Shown: in pieces, positions 12,514 through 22,799 of the stretch
How positions within the stretch are numbered: position 1 is the stretch's first letter
Layout: every line of letters begins with the position of its first letter
DNA from: Polymyxa betae A26-41
Taxonomy: Eukaryota > Protista > Endomyxa: Phytomyxea
Direction of reading: 5' to 3'
DNA: 42,447 nt
Assembly (NCBI GenBank): GCA_003693705.1
Contig: RBZT01000788.1
Span: 1 to 42,447, forward strand
Notes under the pieces: generated by a model
Seen by the model: only the letters and a program-made list of their open reading frames with translations
Told to the model about the DNA's origin: nothing
Database searches by the model: none
Translations under genes and position numbers: made by a program

Positions 12514-13387
12514 ATGGACGTTCCAGTACTCGTCGATAGCACCGAAAATGACGCTGAGGTAGTTGCAGAAGACCTGAAAGCCAAACGGGCTAGTCCCGTG
12601 TCCCCAGAAACTCTCGAGTTACTAGCGAAGTCCCATCACCTTCATTTCAGCGACTACTGTAAAGGAAGAAAACAAAAACCAACTCAGAAAATTAACAAGA
12701 TTGTCTGGGATAAAATCAAAGCTGATGTCGAAGATAAACTAGGCTGCACCCTTCAGCCTCGTCATGAAAGAAATCTCAAGGATACTCTTCGTGGATTCCT
12801 TGATGGCTTAAACACTGGGACAGCAAACGCTGAAGGGGAGAATGCTAAACCAGAATTACAGAATTGTGACATTATGCTTGCACTCAGAGATTCTGATGAG
12901 ATGGCGTCGAAAATCTTGCAGAAACGTCGCCTGGATATTATTCAGGGTGCTGACTCGAATAAGCTTAAATCACCCAAGATCGTCGCTAGTCAAAAGTCGG
13001 AAGTTGATGTTGGCGAGGACTCTACGGTTGCTGATGATTCTGACGACGTTGTTGCTGTTTCAAAAAGCCATCACCGTCGGCGCTCTATTGTTGCAATTGA
13101 ATCGATTTGCAAATCCATTGATATTGGGACTCAACAAGCAGCGAATTTCTTCCATCAGCAATCGGACCGTTATCAAGCGCTAAAAACTAACGACATCAAT
13201 GCCCAAGAAACACAAAAACCGAAGCAAGAATTGCTCCGTCAATCCATCCAGAAGCAGAATCAAGAGCTTCTATAGGACCAGCTTGATATACGTTCCTTAA
13301 AAAAACAGCATCATATTATCACTGAAAGTTATCACTGAAAGTCAGTTCAATTCAGAAGTATTGGCTTTAACTCTATCGTTTAAGTAA
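12514..13387 (+). pseudogene. Accessory protein of PHIS copy 1 (putative N-terminal helical DNA-binding region, coiled coil, SHOCT-like tail)
   Basis: 253-aa ORF that continues past a premature TAG and a 13-bp tandem duplication (13317-13342) to LKKQHHIITESQFNSEVLAL; N-terminus aligns by eye with 39097-39489. Confidence 0.65.
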
Positions 13388-13407
13388 ATGTGTAATCAAA
13401 TAAAAAC

Positions 13408-14700
13408 CTAAACATTTTCATCATCAGAAACGTCTCCTGCCCAGGCGCCACCATTAACGTCTCCGACTTCGACAATCGCCATATTTCTTCGACGCCGGTG
13501 GATAAAATTTGTCAAAATATAGCAGGCTTTGAAAACAATGGAAAACTTGACTCTTCTCATTTTAAGGCGATTTTGTAGAACTCTCCATTTCATTTTAACC
13601 CCTCCGATGCCCCATTCTACCTGAATTCGCTTTCCGGCATGCCTTCGATTATATGCATTCATCGCTGGCCCATTTACATCAACAGCCTTACGATTATCGA
13701 CCCTTCTCATGATGAACATGTCTGCTCCTAGGTATCCAGCTGCATTTGCAAAACAATTAGTAACAGTTTGCGACAATTTCATCAACCTTACGATCTCCAA
13801 GCACGTATTCAAAATAGTCCAGTTCACGTGTAAAGAAATTCCTCCAGTTCTTATATAAATCAGAAGCCTTTAGAATGCTTATATCGTGAAACGATCCAGG
13901 ATAACCAGGGTCAACATAGATGAACAACCCGTCATGGTCTACTACGACAGAATTATTGAAACAATACATCTTCTTACGACCATTGAAATAACGACGAGCA
14001 TTTGGATTTAAATGCCCACCAGGGCGTGATATCTCTGTCAGAATGCCATCGATAAAGCCGATGCATCCATGAAATTCAGGTTCGCGCTTGGCTAGGTCCA
14101 TACGTCGTTCTTTATTTGGCCAAACCAGCTCATCGCCAAAAGCATAAATGATACACTCGCAAATGAAAATACAGTCGCTGCGAATGAATGAACGACTATA
14201 ATTCCATCGAGAAGAGCACCCTCGAATTTTATCGTCCAAGAGGCAATATTAGGGCAAAAATTCATTGAATTTCACCTCAATTGCCGTACCTTCTTCAAAT
14301 AAATTATACAGTTTAGCAGGCGCTGTTCAGCATTTAACTTCGGAGGTCTTCCGGGTCTGACTTTGATGCTGCCGTCTCTGCCTCTAAAATTGATTACTGG
14401 GCTAACTCTTTGAACAAGCTCGTTCCATTCCGAAAACAAGAACCCAGTTTCACTGGTGAAAATACTTTCGTGGCCAACGGATATGGAAGACAAGTAATCA
14501 TAAACAGGAGCGTCTGGAATTACAGAAAAATCCCCATCCATCCATTCGCTCGTCTTATCATCATCATCAAGAATATCCATTATGTTTGCTACTGCTAATG
14601 CTGTTAACCGTGATCTTTGAAGCAAAATATACAGAACCTGATGCTGTGTGTTAATGAACTGGTTCACTTACCGATATATAAACATTTCGCAGCACCTGCA
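13408..14700 (-). pseudogene. DDE (DDE_Tnp_4/HARBI1-like) transposase of PHIS copy 1, with introns
   Basis: GRPPKLNAEQRLL, GCIGFIDG, VVDHDGLFIYVDPGYPGSFHD, LGD-P-GY (after splicing 13740-13791), RIQVEWGIGGVKMKW, ACYILTNF. Start approximate. Confidence 0.88.
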
Positions 14701-15039
14701 TGCAATCATCATCTAAATAGCATTGAGCCTCGTCCTCGCCTTCAGTAAAGCTTGCCCAATCATCTCGGTTCGCCATTACCGGAGGCAGCAATGGTCTATC
14801 GCTTAGCAAGCGCGTAGCCTATATATCCGATCGTAAGATTGCAATTCCTGAACGTACCTTTGTTTATCGGAAACTTTACGGACAGGCGGATTTTTTGAGC
14901 GTATCTTTTAAAAATAACGTGAAAAACTTACAAAACTTTGCGGACCGGTTTTTTATTCATAACTTTCAGATCAACGGCTGCCGCACATCCGGTGAAATCA
15001 GATTTCCTACGAAACTATACTAACAATCTCCTCCTTTTT

Positions 15040-18000
15040 GTAGGAAATTTGCATGATCATAGACTCCAATCTTTCCTCGTAGGAGCTGGAATCGAACGCC
15101 TCCAAGCTCCTTTGTAAAAATATCAGCAACCATATTTTGAGAGCGCGCAGTATTTGAGTTCGATCTTATTCTTAATAACCAGATCGCGTGCATAATGATA
15201 CTGGACCTCAATATGTTTTGCTCTTTTAGAGCTCGTCGCCTGGTTCGCGACCGCGATCCAGGACTGGTTGTCCTCGAAGATTATGATGGGTTTTAAGGCC
15301 TTTTCTCCGGGCAAACACCCTAAAAGCTCATTAAAGGTTATCGCTTCCGTCGTTATTTGCGATAACGCGATATATTCGGCTTCCGTTGTTGATCGTGCGA
15401 CACAGCCGTGTTTTCTGGAATAATACAGAACTGGACCTCCGATGCATTAAATAATGCCGCCAGAAGTAGACTTACGATCGTCAGGATCGCCGGCAAAATC
15501 GGCATCGGTGTAAACATCGACTGGAGAATCGACTGGAGAATCGCCTGGCCGGGCCTGATAACAAATTCCATAATTGCAGGTGCCTTTCAAATAACGCATG
15601 ATTCGTTTCACCAATTTTACATGGCTCGAATTAAAGTTCGATACAGCTCTCGCTGCAATTCCGACCGCATACATAATGTCAGGTCTTGTCATATTTGCTA
15701 TGTGCATTAAATGGTCAACAGCTTCACGATACGGGAACTTCCCTGGTTCTTGATCTTCAGAATCCGAGACCGTTCCGAATGGCGTCTTGACCGGTTTGCA
15801 CTCCTTCATGTTGAAAATCTCCAATATCTTATCCACCTTTGCCCTCTGTGAAACGGTGATTCGATGTTCAACACGATTTCTGGTAATCACCATCCCCAGC
15901 AAAAACCTGGCAGCTCCGAGATCTTTGATAGGAAAGACAGCTCACAGATCTTTCTTAATCACTTCGTAAACTTCTGAGCTTGTACAGGCACATAAGATAT
16001 CGTCGACATGTATCGCACCAATAACATAATCTCCTGACGAGAATTGCTTTGAAAACACACAATTGTCGATGACGGTTACCTGGTAACCGAAATACTGTAG
16101 AACGTCCACAAGTGCTTATGCAACTCGACTGCGCCTTGCTTTACTCCATATAGAACCTTATTCAACTTGCAAGCGTGGCTATCGGCGCTTGTCTTGGGCG
16201 CTATGAGACCAGCAGGCTGCTCCATATAAATCTCTTCTTTCAGCACTTGATGCTGAAATGCAGTCTCAATATCCATCTGAAAGAGTTCCAAATCTTTTGC
16301 GCAAGCAATTGAAATGATAGTCCTGACTGCCGTCGTCGAGGATACCGGGCTGAAAGTTTCAAAGTAGTCGCACCCGAATACCTGGGTGAAGCCTCGTGCT
16401 ACAAAAATGGCTTTGTACTTGACCACATCGTTGTTCTCATCCCGTTTTCGCTTGAACACCCAGCGGCTGTCCACCGCCTTTCTATTGGCTGGCCGCGGGA
16501 CGATTGACCACATGTTGTTCTTTTGCAAGGCCTGATTACTCCTTGCTCATAGCCTCCTGCCATAGATCGGCTTCATCCGACTTGAGCGCCTCGGCCCGAT
16601 TCTTCGGTTCGTCATCGTTGCAGGCGAGACAAAACAATGTCTGCTCGTCGATGAGTCGGGCTGGCTTCGCCCGAACCCTTGTCGACATCCGAAGAGAGCC
16701 CTTAGGATTCGACTCATTCGTTGGCTCAGGCTCTCTGTCAATTGCCGACTGATACTCTTGGATCTCACTTTGATGAGTTTCTTCATCCTCAAATAACGTG
16801 TCGTCCTGCAGGCTCCTCCTGAAACTTGACGTCGCGACTAACGACCACCTTGTGAGAAAACTCGTCCATAATTCTATAACCTTTTTTTATCAGTGGCGTA
16901 TCCAATGGATATCCCGACCTTGGCATGCTGATCCAGTTTACCGGCACCATCAATCTTGTACCAAGCCTTGGAGCCAAAAACTCTTAGGTGCTCGATACTT
17001 GGCTTGGGCCCAACCAAAATTCATAAGGGGTCTTTGCCGCTGGCAAGGCTGAAGATATACAGCGGTTCCGAATGTAAACCGCCGTCTGAACCGCTTCCGC
17101 CCAATATGCCTTTGGCAGACCGGACTCCAATATCATAGCTCGAGCCATCTCCATCATCGTTCGGTTGAGCCTTCCGAGACACCATTTTGCTGAGGTCGCC
17201 TAGACACAGTGAGCTCACGCTTGATGCCGTTTTTCTTCAGAAAATTGTTAAGCGCAGACGAAGTGTACTCTCCACCATTATCAGAACGAAATCGTCGAAT
17301 TGGCCTTCCGTGCATCGTTTCGGCCTTCTTTTTATAGTCCTTGAACGCATCCAGAACATTGCTCTTTCGAGCTAAAACATATGCAGAAGAAAATCTTGAA
17401 AAATCATCAATAAAGAATACAACATATTTCTTACCTCCAAATGACACTTTAGACATCGGTCCGACCACGTCCGAATGCACGAAATCATTAACATGATGTG
17501 TCTGCGTTGAATTCTGTCGGTGAGCAAATGCATTGTTGGCTAATTTCGCCTCAACGCAATTCCGGCATATATCGGGCTTTGCACCACGAAGTTTGACTGC
17601 TCTGACTGCTCCATCTCTAATCATATTCTCAATAGCCGTATAGTTCAAATGCCCGAGTCGTTTATGCAGAATAACTCGGTCAATGGCCCGGATGAAGTTC
17701 GGTTCTTGCACCGCCAACGAGAACATCTTCCCTTGGCGAACGCCCAGCTTGAACTCGTTCCCGTTTAGGCGCCATTCGCCGTCGCCGCGCTCACCGACAG
17801 GAGATTCATCTTTAGATCAGGGACATAAAGCACGTCCTTCAACGTAACTGTCTTACCCCGACCGACCTTCATATCGCCAGTTCCAATCCCACAGATCGTA
17901 CGACCATCTGCCGTCACAATCTTGACCGCGTCCAGGAGCTCGACAAAGTTGCTAAGCAGGCCTTTGTTCCCGGTCATATGACGCGATGCACCGGAATCGA

Positions 18001-18767
18001 CATAGCAGGACTCGGCCACTGCATAAAGCTCCTCCTGATCGCCGGCAACGAAAGCGAGCTCATCAGTAGACGATGACTCCTCCTTTTTCTTCGGAGACCG
18101 ACAGTCCTTGGCGAAATGCCCACGCTTGCCGCAATTGAAGCAGCGCCCTCTTGGCTGTCGTTTGGGCTTAGTCTCATCCCCCGTAAACAGGAGCTGGTCC
18201 TGGCTTTTCCGATCTTTGTGCTGCTTCGATATTCCAAACCGTGCCACAATATTGGCCTCGTATGCTCGGAGCCGATCACAGACATCCATCAGCGACAATT
18301 CGGGCTTATCCATGATCGCCCGTAGCTCTGATTCGCGATCTTGATATTCTGGACCAAATCTGTATCACATCCGCGTCCGAGACCTGACTCATAGACGCCT
18401 GCCGCAGCTCAGATACAATCATATTAAACTTGTCCAAGAAAACGCTCAGATCGCCGCCCTTGTATAACTTAAGATTCCATAACAACGCTCTCAGTGTGTT
18501 GACATGCGTCCGAGACTGGTTTTCGTAACGCGATACTACCGTTTTCCATAAATCTCTCGCTGTCATGACGCTGACAAACGCCGGCATCAGGTTGGCGGAG
18601 ATTGAACACAGCATCTCATCGAAAACCGCATACGCGACTTGTGACCGCTGCTCCTCGTCTGAACTAGATTCGCTAACGAGGGACTCCAAATCGTTCCGAC
18701 GCAGGAACGACTGCATCTGAATCTTCCAGATTGAGAAATTCTCAGTCCCAAGCAATTTCTCGCCCAA
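15040..18767 (-). pseudogene. Copia-B gag-pol, frameshifted
   Basis: LLGTENFSIWKIQM, CFNCGKRGHFAKDC, YVDSGASRHM, LHKRLGHLN, VHSDVVGP, RSDNGGEY, VKYKAIFVARGFTQ, TRPDIMYAV, YTDADFAGDPDDRKSTSG, FEDNQS, KRAKHIEVQYH, MVADIFTK. Confidence 0.93.
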
Positions 18768-21700
18768 GTAGTGTCACGAGCTGGGCCCATAACCCTTTGT
18801 TGCAGTGTGAGCGACTCTAGAAGTCGATTCAGTCGTCATCTCAGGCAGCGTTAGCAACAACAACGAAGGGACGAGCTCGGGAGAGAGAAACAAAAACTGT
18901 GTATTTTTTGTATATATATTATTCATAACTTTCAGATCAACGGCTGCCACACATCCGGTCAAAATCAGATTTCCTATGAGAAGCCAGGACAAGAAGTTGC
19001 GTTGCCGGTAACATAACACCTGGTAACGTAATCAGACTTGGCCTTTGCTTGCCCGATCCCTGACGATAGGCTTCTTGGGTGAGATAGAGACGTCGCTGGT
19101 CGTGCTCGCGCTCGACGCGCACTCCCAGAACGAAGGTCAGTGACTGCAGAGGCTTGATACTATACCGGTCTCTGAGCAGCTTGGCCAGTTTCTTGGCCGC
19201 GTCCGCGGTTGGTGCAGCAACGACAAGATCGTCGACATAGACTCCAACGAACGTCTTGTTGTCCCCCTCGTTATTAACATAGAGGCAGGGCTCCGTCGCT
19301 GCCGATCGATAACCAATTTCCTTGAGGTAACGGTCCAAGTTCTTCCACCAGCATCGTCCTGATTGTTTTAGACCATATATGGACTTGCGTAATCGACAGA
19401 CGAGCTCTTCTCCTTCTGGCCCTTGCTTTTCGAACCTTCAATCTGATGCATGTACAGTTCTTCCTCTAAGTCGCCGTAGAGGTACGCCGTGTCAACGTCC
19501 ATTTGAACCAGATCAAAATCCAGTTCAGCAGACAGTGCGAACAAAACTCGAAGGGGCGGGAATGAGATGACTGGGGCATATGTCTCCCGGTAGTCGATGC
19601 CGTTCTTTTGGGTAAAGCCCCTTGCAACATATCGGGCTTTCTTGCGAACCATGGCACCGGTTTCGTCGGTCTTGAGCTTAAAGCACCATTTTCCTGTGAT
19701 GGCGCGCCGTCCTGGAGGAAGGGGTACCAGCTGCCACGTATATTCTTCATCAGTGAGTCGAACTCGAACTGCATCGCAATTCGCCAATCTTTGTCGTTTA
19801 GGGCTTCTTCGACAGACGATGGTTCACGATCTATGCTGATAAAGGCTGAGTGTCCATCTTGTCTTCGAAAGTCTTCTGGCTCGAGGCGTTCGGGCGGCCG
19901 TCGGTTCCTTGCTGGCTGTCTTCGAGTTCCAACTCCGTTTACTTCCGCCTCGCTCTCTGATTCGCCGATGACTTCTGCAGTGTCACTTGTCGGATGGTTC
20001 TCCAAGCTTTCGGATTCTTCAAGGTCAGTGGATTCGGGAGCTTCTCCGCTTCCGTTGGTATTGTTCCGGGTCTCATCTTGCTGCACAGGTTCGACTGTCG
20101 GCAGACTGTACCTGCTCGGAACCTCGCTTTCGCTGGGCGTCTCTTCGACCGACTGCTTGCCGATACTCTTTCCCGGGAACCGGAATTCGTCGAAGGTGGT
20201 CGGTAGAGACAAACCTTCTCTTGGTGTCCATGTTCATCATTATGTGTCCTTTCTGGCCGTTCGCGTAACCCAGGAAGAGGCATTGCGACGCCTTGTAGTG
20301 CATTTTCTGACGCTTTTGCTTCGGCACCAGTGCGTATGCTTGACACCCAAACACTTTCAGGTGGCTAATGTCGGGCACCGTGCCGGTCCAAAGCTCATAT
20401 GGCTAACGCCCGTCATTGGACTTCGAGGGGAGCCGATTCGTGATGTGAGCGCTTGTAGCCGCTGCGTATTGCCAATATTCCTCTGGCAGGTGGGCCGTTC
20501 TCAACATCGCTCTAGTAGAATCCACCAAGGTGCGATTCTTTCTTTCCGCCACCCCGTTTTGCTGAGGACTATAGGGAACGGAAGTTAACAATTGAATTCC
20601 GTGCTTTGCCAGTTGGTTCTTAACCTCGTTGGAGGTGAATTCCCCACCGTTATCCGCTCGAGTATTCGCGACTTTGTTTCCCGATTGGTTCTCAAAGTAC
20701 TTGACGGCATTCATCAGATTCACGATGGCGTCTGATTTCTTTTCGAGGAAGTATGCGACGTGTATCGGCTGTAATCATCGGTGACCGGCATGATGTAACG
20801 CGACCCTTGGATGCTTTTAACTTCCATAGGTCCGCAAAGGTCGACGTGAATCGTTCGTTCGGGCACCTTTTCGCGGTTCTGACTTCCTTTAGGATATGCT
20901 TTGTCGCTCTCCTTGGTCAACGTGCAAACGACGCATCCTTCTCGATCGTTAGACCAGCGGCCCGGCCGCTCTTGACCATGTCCGTCATGGAGTCGACGCT
21001 TGAGTGGCCGAGGCGCTCATGCCATTTCTCTATCGTCACGTACGCGGACTCCTGCTGGTTGGCGAGCACATACATTCGTTCTCTCCGAGTTCCCTTGGCA
21101 ATCGTCTTGCCCACTTTCATCATTTTGCAGCCGCTTCTTGTGAACACCACTTCATCGACGTGACCAGTGTCGCATAAGGCCCCAACCGAAAGTATGTTTG
21201 CTTTGATATCTGGCACGATCAGGACATTATCGACGTTTAGGTTACCGACTCGGAGGTTCCGGCAAACGCCGGCGGTCTTCAGGCTGGCGCCGTTGCCGAC
21301 AATAACATTCCTCTGGTCCTTGCTGTCAACGATAGCTGACGTTGACATTGAAGCGCTAGCTGCGGAATCGATGATCCATCTTTCTTCGTCCGCGGGCCCC
21401 GATGTGAAGGCGCATAAAGCGACGTGAGCCTCGTGCTGATCATCACCAGTCGTCTCTTTTGACAGTATACTCTTGCCTTTCCTTTTAGGTTTCTTGCATT
21501 CCGGATCATTCCGCCAGTGTCCCGTTTCTCCACAGTCGAAGCATTCACTCTTGGACTTGTTCACCTTCTTCGTCTTTCGATCCTTGGAGGCCGCTGCGAC
21601 CTCGACGGCTTGTGTTTCGTCTTGCGCCAGGGTCTGATGGAACGTAAGAGCTTGTTTATGATGCTGTCCAGCTTCAGCATATCTTGATGGCCAAAACGAA

Positions 21701-22262
21701 TTGACCGCTGCAAGGCTTTCATGGACGGCGGGAATCTCTCCAAGATGTATAGTGCCAGCTCGTCATCGTCGTAGGGTTTCCCCGCTGCTGCCAGAGCGTT
21801 CTGAGCTAACTTTATCTCGTCCAGGAATTTCGGGATCCCTGGCGCCGACTGCAAGCGGATGGCATGGAATCGTTCCCTCAGCGTGATGATATCGGTAGAC
21901 ACACGGCTCTCGTATAAGTCGCGAAGGTGGCTCCAGACGTGATTTGGTGTTGGGCAATGCATCGTCGGTATTCGGTGGTGCTCGTTCATGGAATTGTTCA
22001 GAGCGATATGGAGACCGCTCTGCCGTGCTTCCTGATCAGCGTTGACTTGAGCTGCTGACTCGTTCTCGTTGGCCGCATCTGTCGATTCGGGTCGGGTTGG
22101 AAAAATAAATCCATTACTCGTTGATGTTTGGCCCATAGAATGTCGTCTGTCTTCCATAATTGCCAGTATTCTTTCCCTTTTAAGACGAATCGGCTGAGCA
22201 CAAGCATCGTGGGAGCATCACCTCGAGATTGGGTCGCCATTGGAGCTCCTGGGCCAATAGCC

Positions 22263-22435
22263 TGATGTAATAACGAATAGAAGGCCAAGTTCTAGAGTGT
22301 TTATTTTTATATGACAGCTGGCAATAGGACGCATCCCAACTTCAAGAACCAAGCACCCTTAACGGGTGGCTGTCGGATCGCCTAAACCTGCCAGGGAGGC
22401 CACGCCATCGGGGTCGCGTTCGCCTGTCGCCATCA
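22263..22435 (-). repeat. Putative 5' LTR of Copia-A with adjacent PBS (22249-22262)
   Basis: TGATG...CATCA inverted ends. On the minus strand it is followed by GGCTATTGGCCCAG, a degenerate match to the Copia-B PBS GGTTATGGGCCCAG, then the gag ATG at 22240. Confidence 0.55.
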
Positions 22436-22440
22436 GTACA

Positions 22441-22640
22441 TAGGGTTTAGGGTTTCATGACTGGTCTTTATCATAGTTCATTATGTCATCACTTGTCATC
22501 TTTTTTCATCTTCATCCAAAGGTCATCATTATCAGATCCGATCATCAAGTTCGTCATAAAAATTCATCTTTACTGTAAGTCATCGTAGCGCTATCATCGA
22601 GTTTCATCTATAATCATCTGTCATCAGTCATCAGTATCGT
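22441..22640. repeat. TCATC/TCAT dispersed short-motif array preceded by two TTTAGGG-like units
   Basis: Many TCAT(C) motifs at irregular spacing, not in one reading frame; begins TAGGGTTTAGGGTTT. Confidence 0.6.
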
Positions 22641-22799
22641 TAAAATTGGTCGAATATACTCTCTTCGATAAATTTAGTCAATATAATCGTGCTTATGATT
22701 AATCTCCAAACTATAAGCTAACAAACAGTTGTAACACTACCATTATGTCATAAAGCTATCGAAATGAGGCATTCCAATTGAAGATAACTATTACAGTAC

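Larger units (their letters stand above)
12355..14951. mobile_element. Harbinger-superfamily (PHIS, possibly Pangu-like) transposon copy 1, inserted in the Copia-B 3' LTR
   Basis: Left TIR AAACCTGTCCGTAAA, right TTTGCGGACCGGTTT (2 mismatches), extra TIR-like copy near 14875-14886. Comparison with the uninterrupted LTR at 18911-18930 shows exactly 3 extra bases (ATT/TTT, or TTA if the ends are shifted). Confidence 0.85.
12232..18982 (-). mobile_element. Ty1/Copia element Copia-B, inserted in the Gypsy-1 5' LTR
   Basis: 3' LTR 12232-12354 plus 14955-15025 (TGTTG...TAACA); 5' LTR 18798 to about 18982, outer end deleted; PBS GGTTATGGGCCCAG 18781-18794; PPT AAAAGGAGGAGAT 15026-15038. Confidence 0.93.
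7328..19065 (-). mobile_element. Ty3/Gypsy chromovirus Gypsy-1, full length, degenerate
   Basis: 5-bp TSD ATAGG (7323-7327, 19066-19070); 3' LTR 7328-7603; 5' LTR split into 12090-12231 and about 18983-19065; PPT AGAAGGAGGGGTGA at 7604-7617. Confidence 0.95.
7042..22435 (-). mobile_element. Ty1/Copia element Copia-A (coding 22240-19066 and 7327-7042), split by Gypsy-1; RNase H absent
   Basis: gag with CFDCGETGHWRNDPEC knuckle, protease WIIDSAAS, WHERLGH, integrase IHVDLCGP/RADNGGEF/PQQNGVAERKNRTL, RT KKARYVARGFTQ/QMDVDTAYL/VYVDDL. RT rejoins in frame across the insertion (LTQEAY-AKTMLMRFGM...TRPDIAY). Confidence 0.88.

Noticed and set aside
15517-15540. 12-bp tandem duplication ATCGACTGGAGA
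   Set aside because: Simple in-frame slippage duplication in Copia-B; no TSD or element associated.
17021-17218. Gly/Ser/Asp-rich ORF suggesting an insertion in Copia-B integrase
   Set aside because: Alternate frame of the normal integrase C-terminus (MARAMILESGLPKAYWAEAV).
19608-20588. 326-aa plus-strand ORF
   Set aside because: Antisense shadow of the Copia-A integrase/RT region; no independent motifs.
7328-22435. RIP-type hypermutation
   Set aside because: Elements are not visibly AT-enriched, LTR pairs remain very similar, and most lesions are indels.
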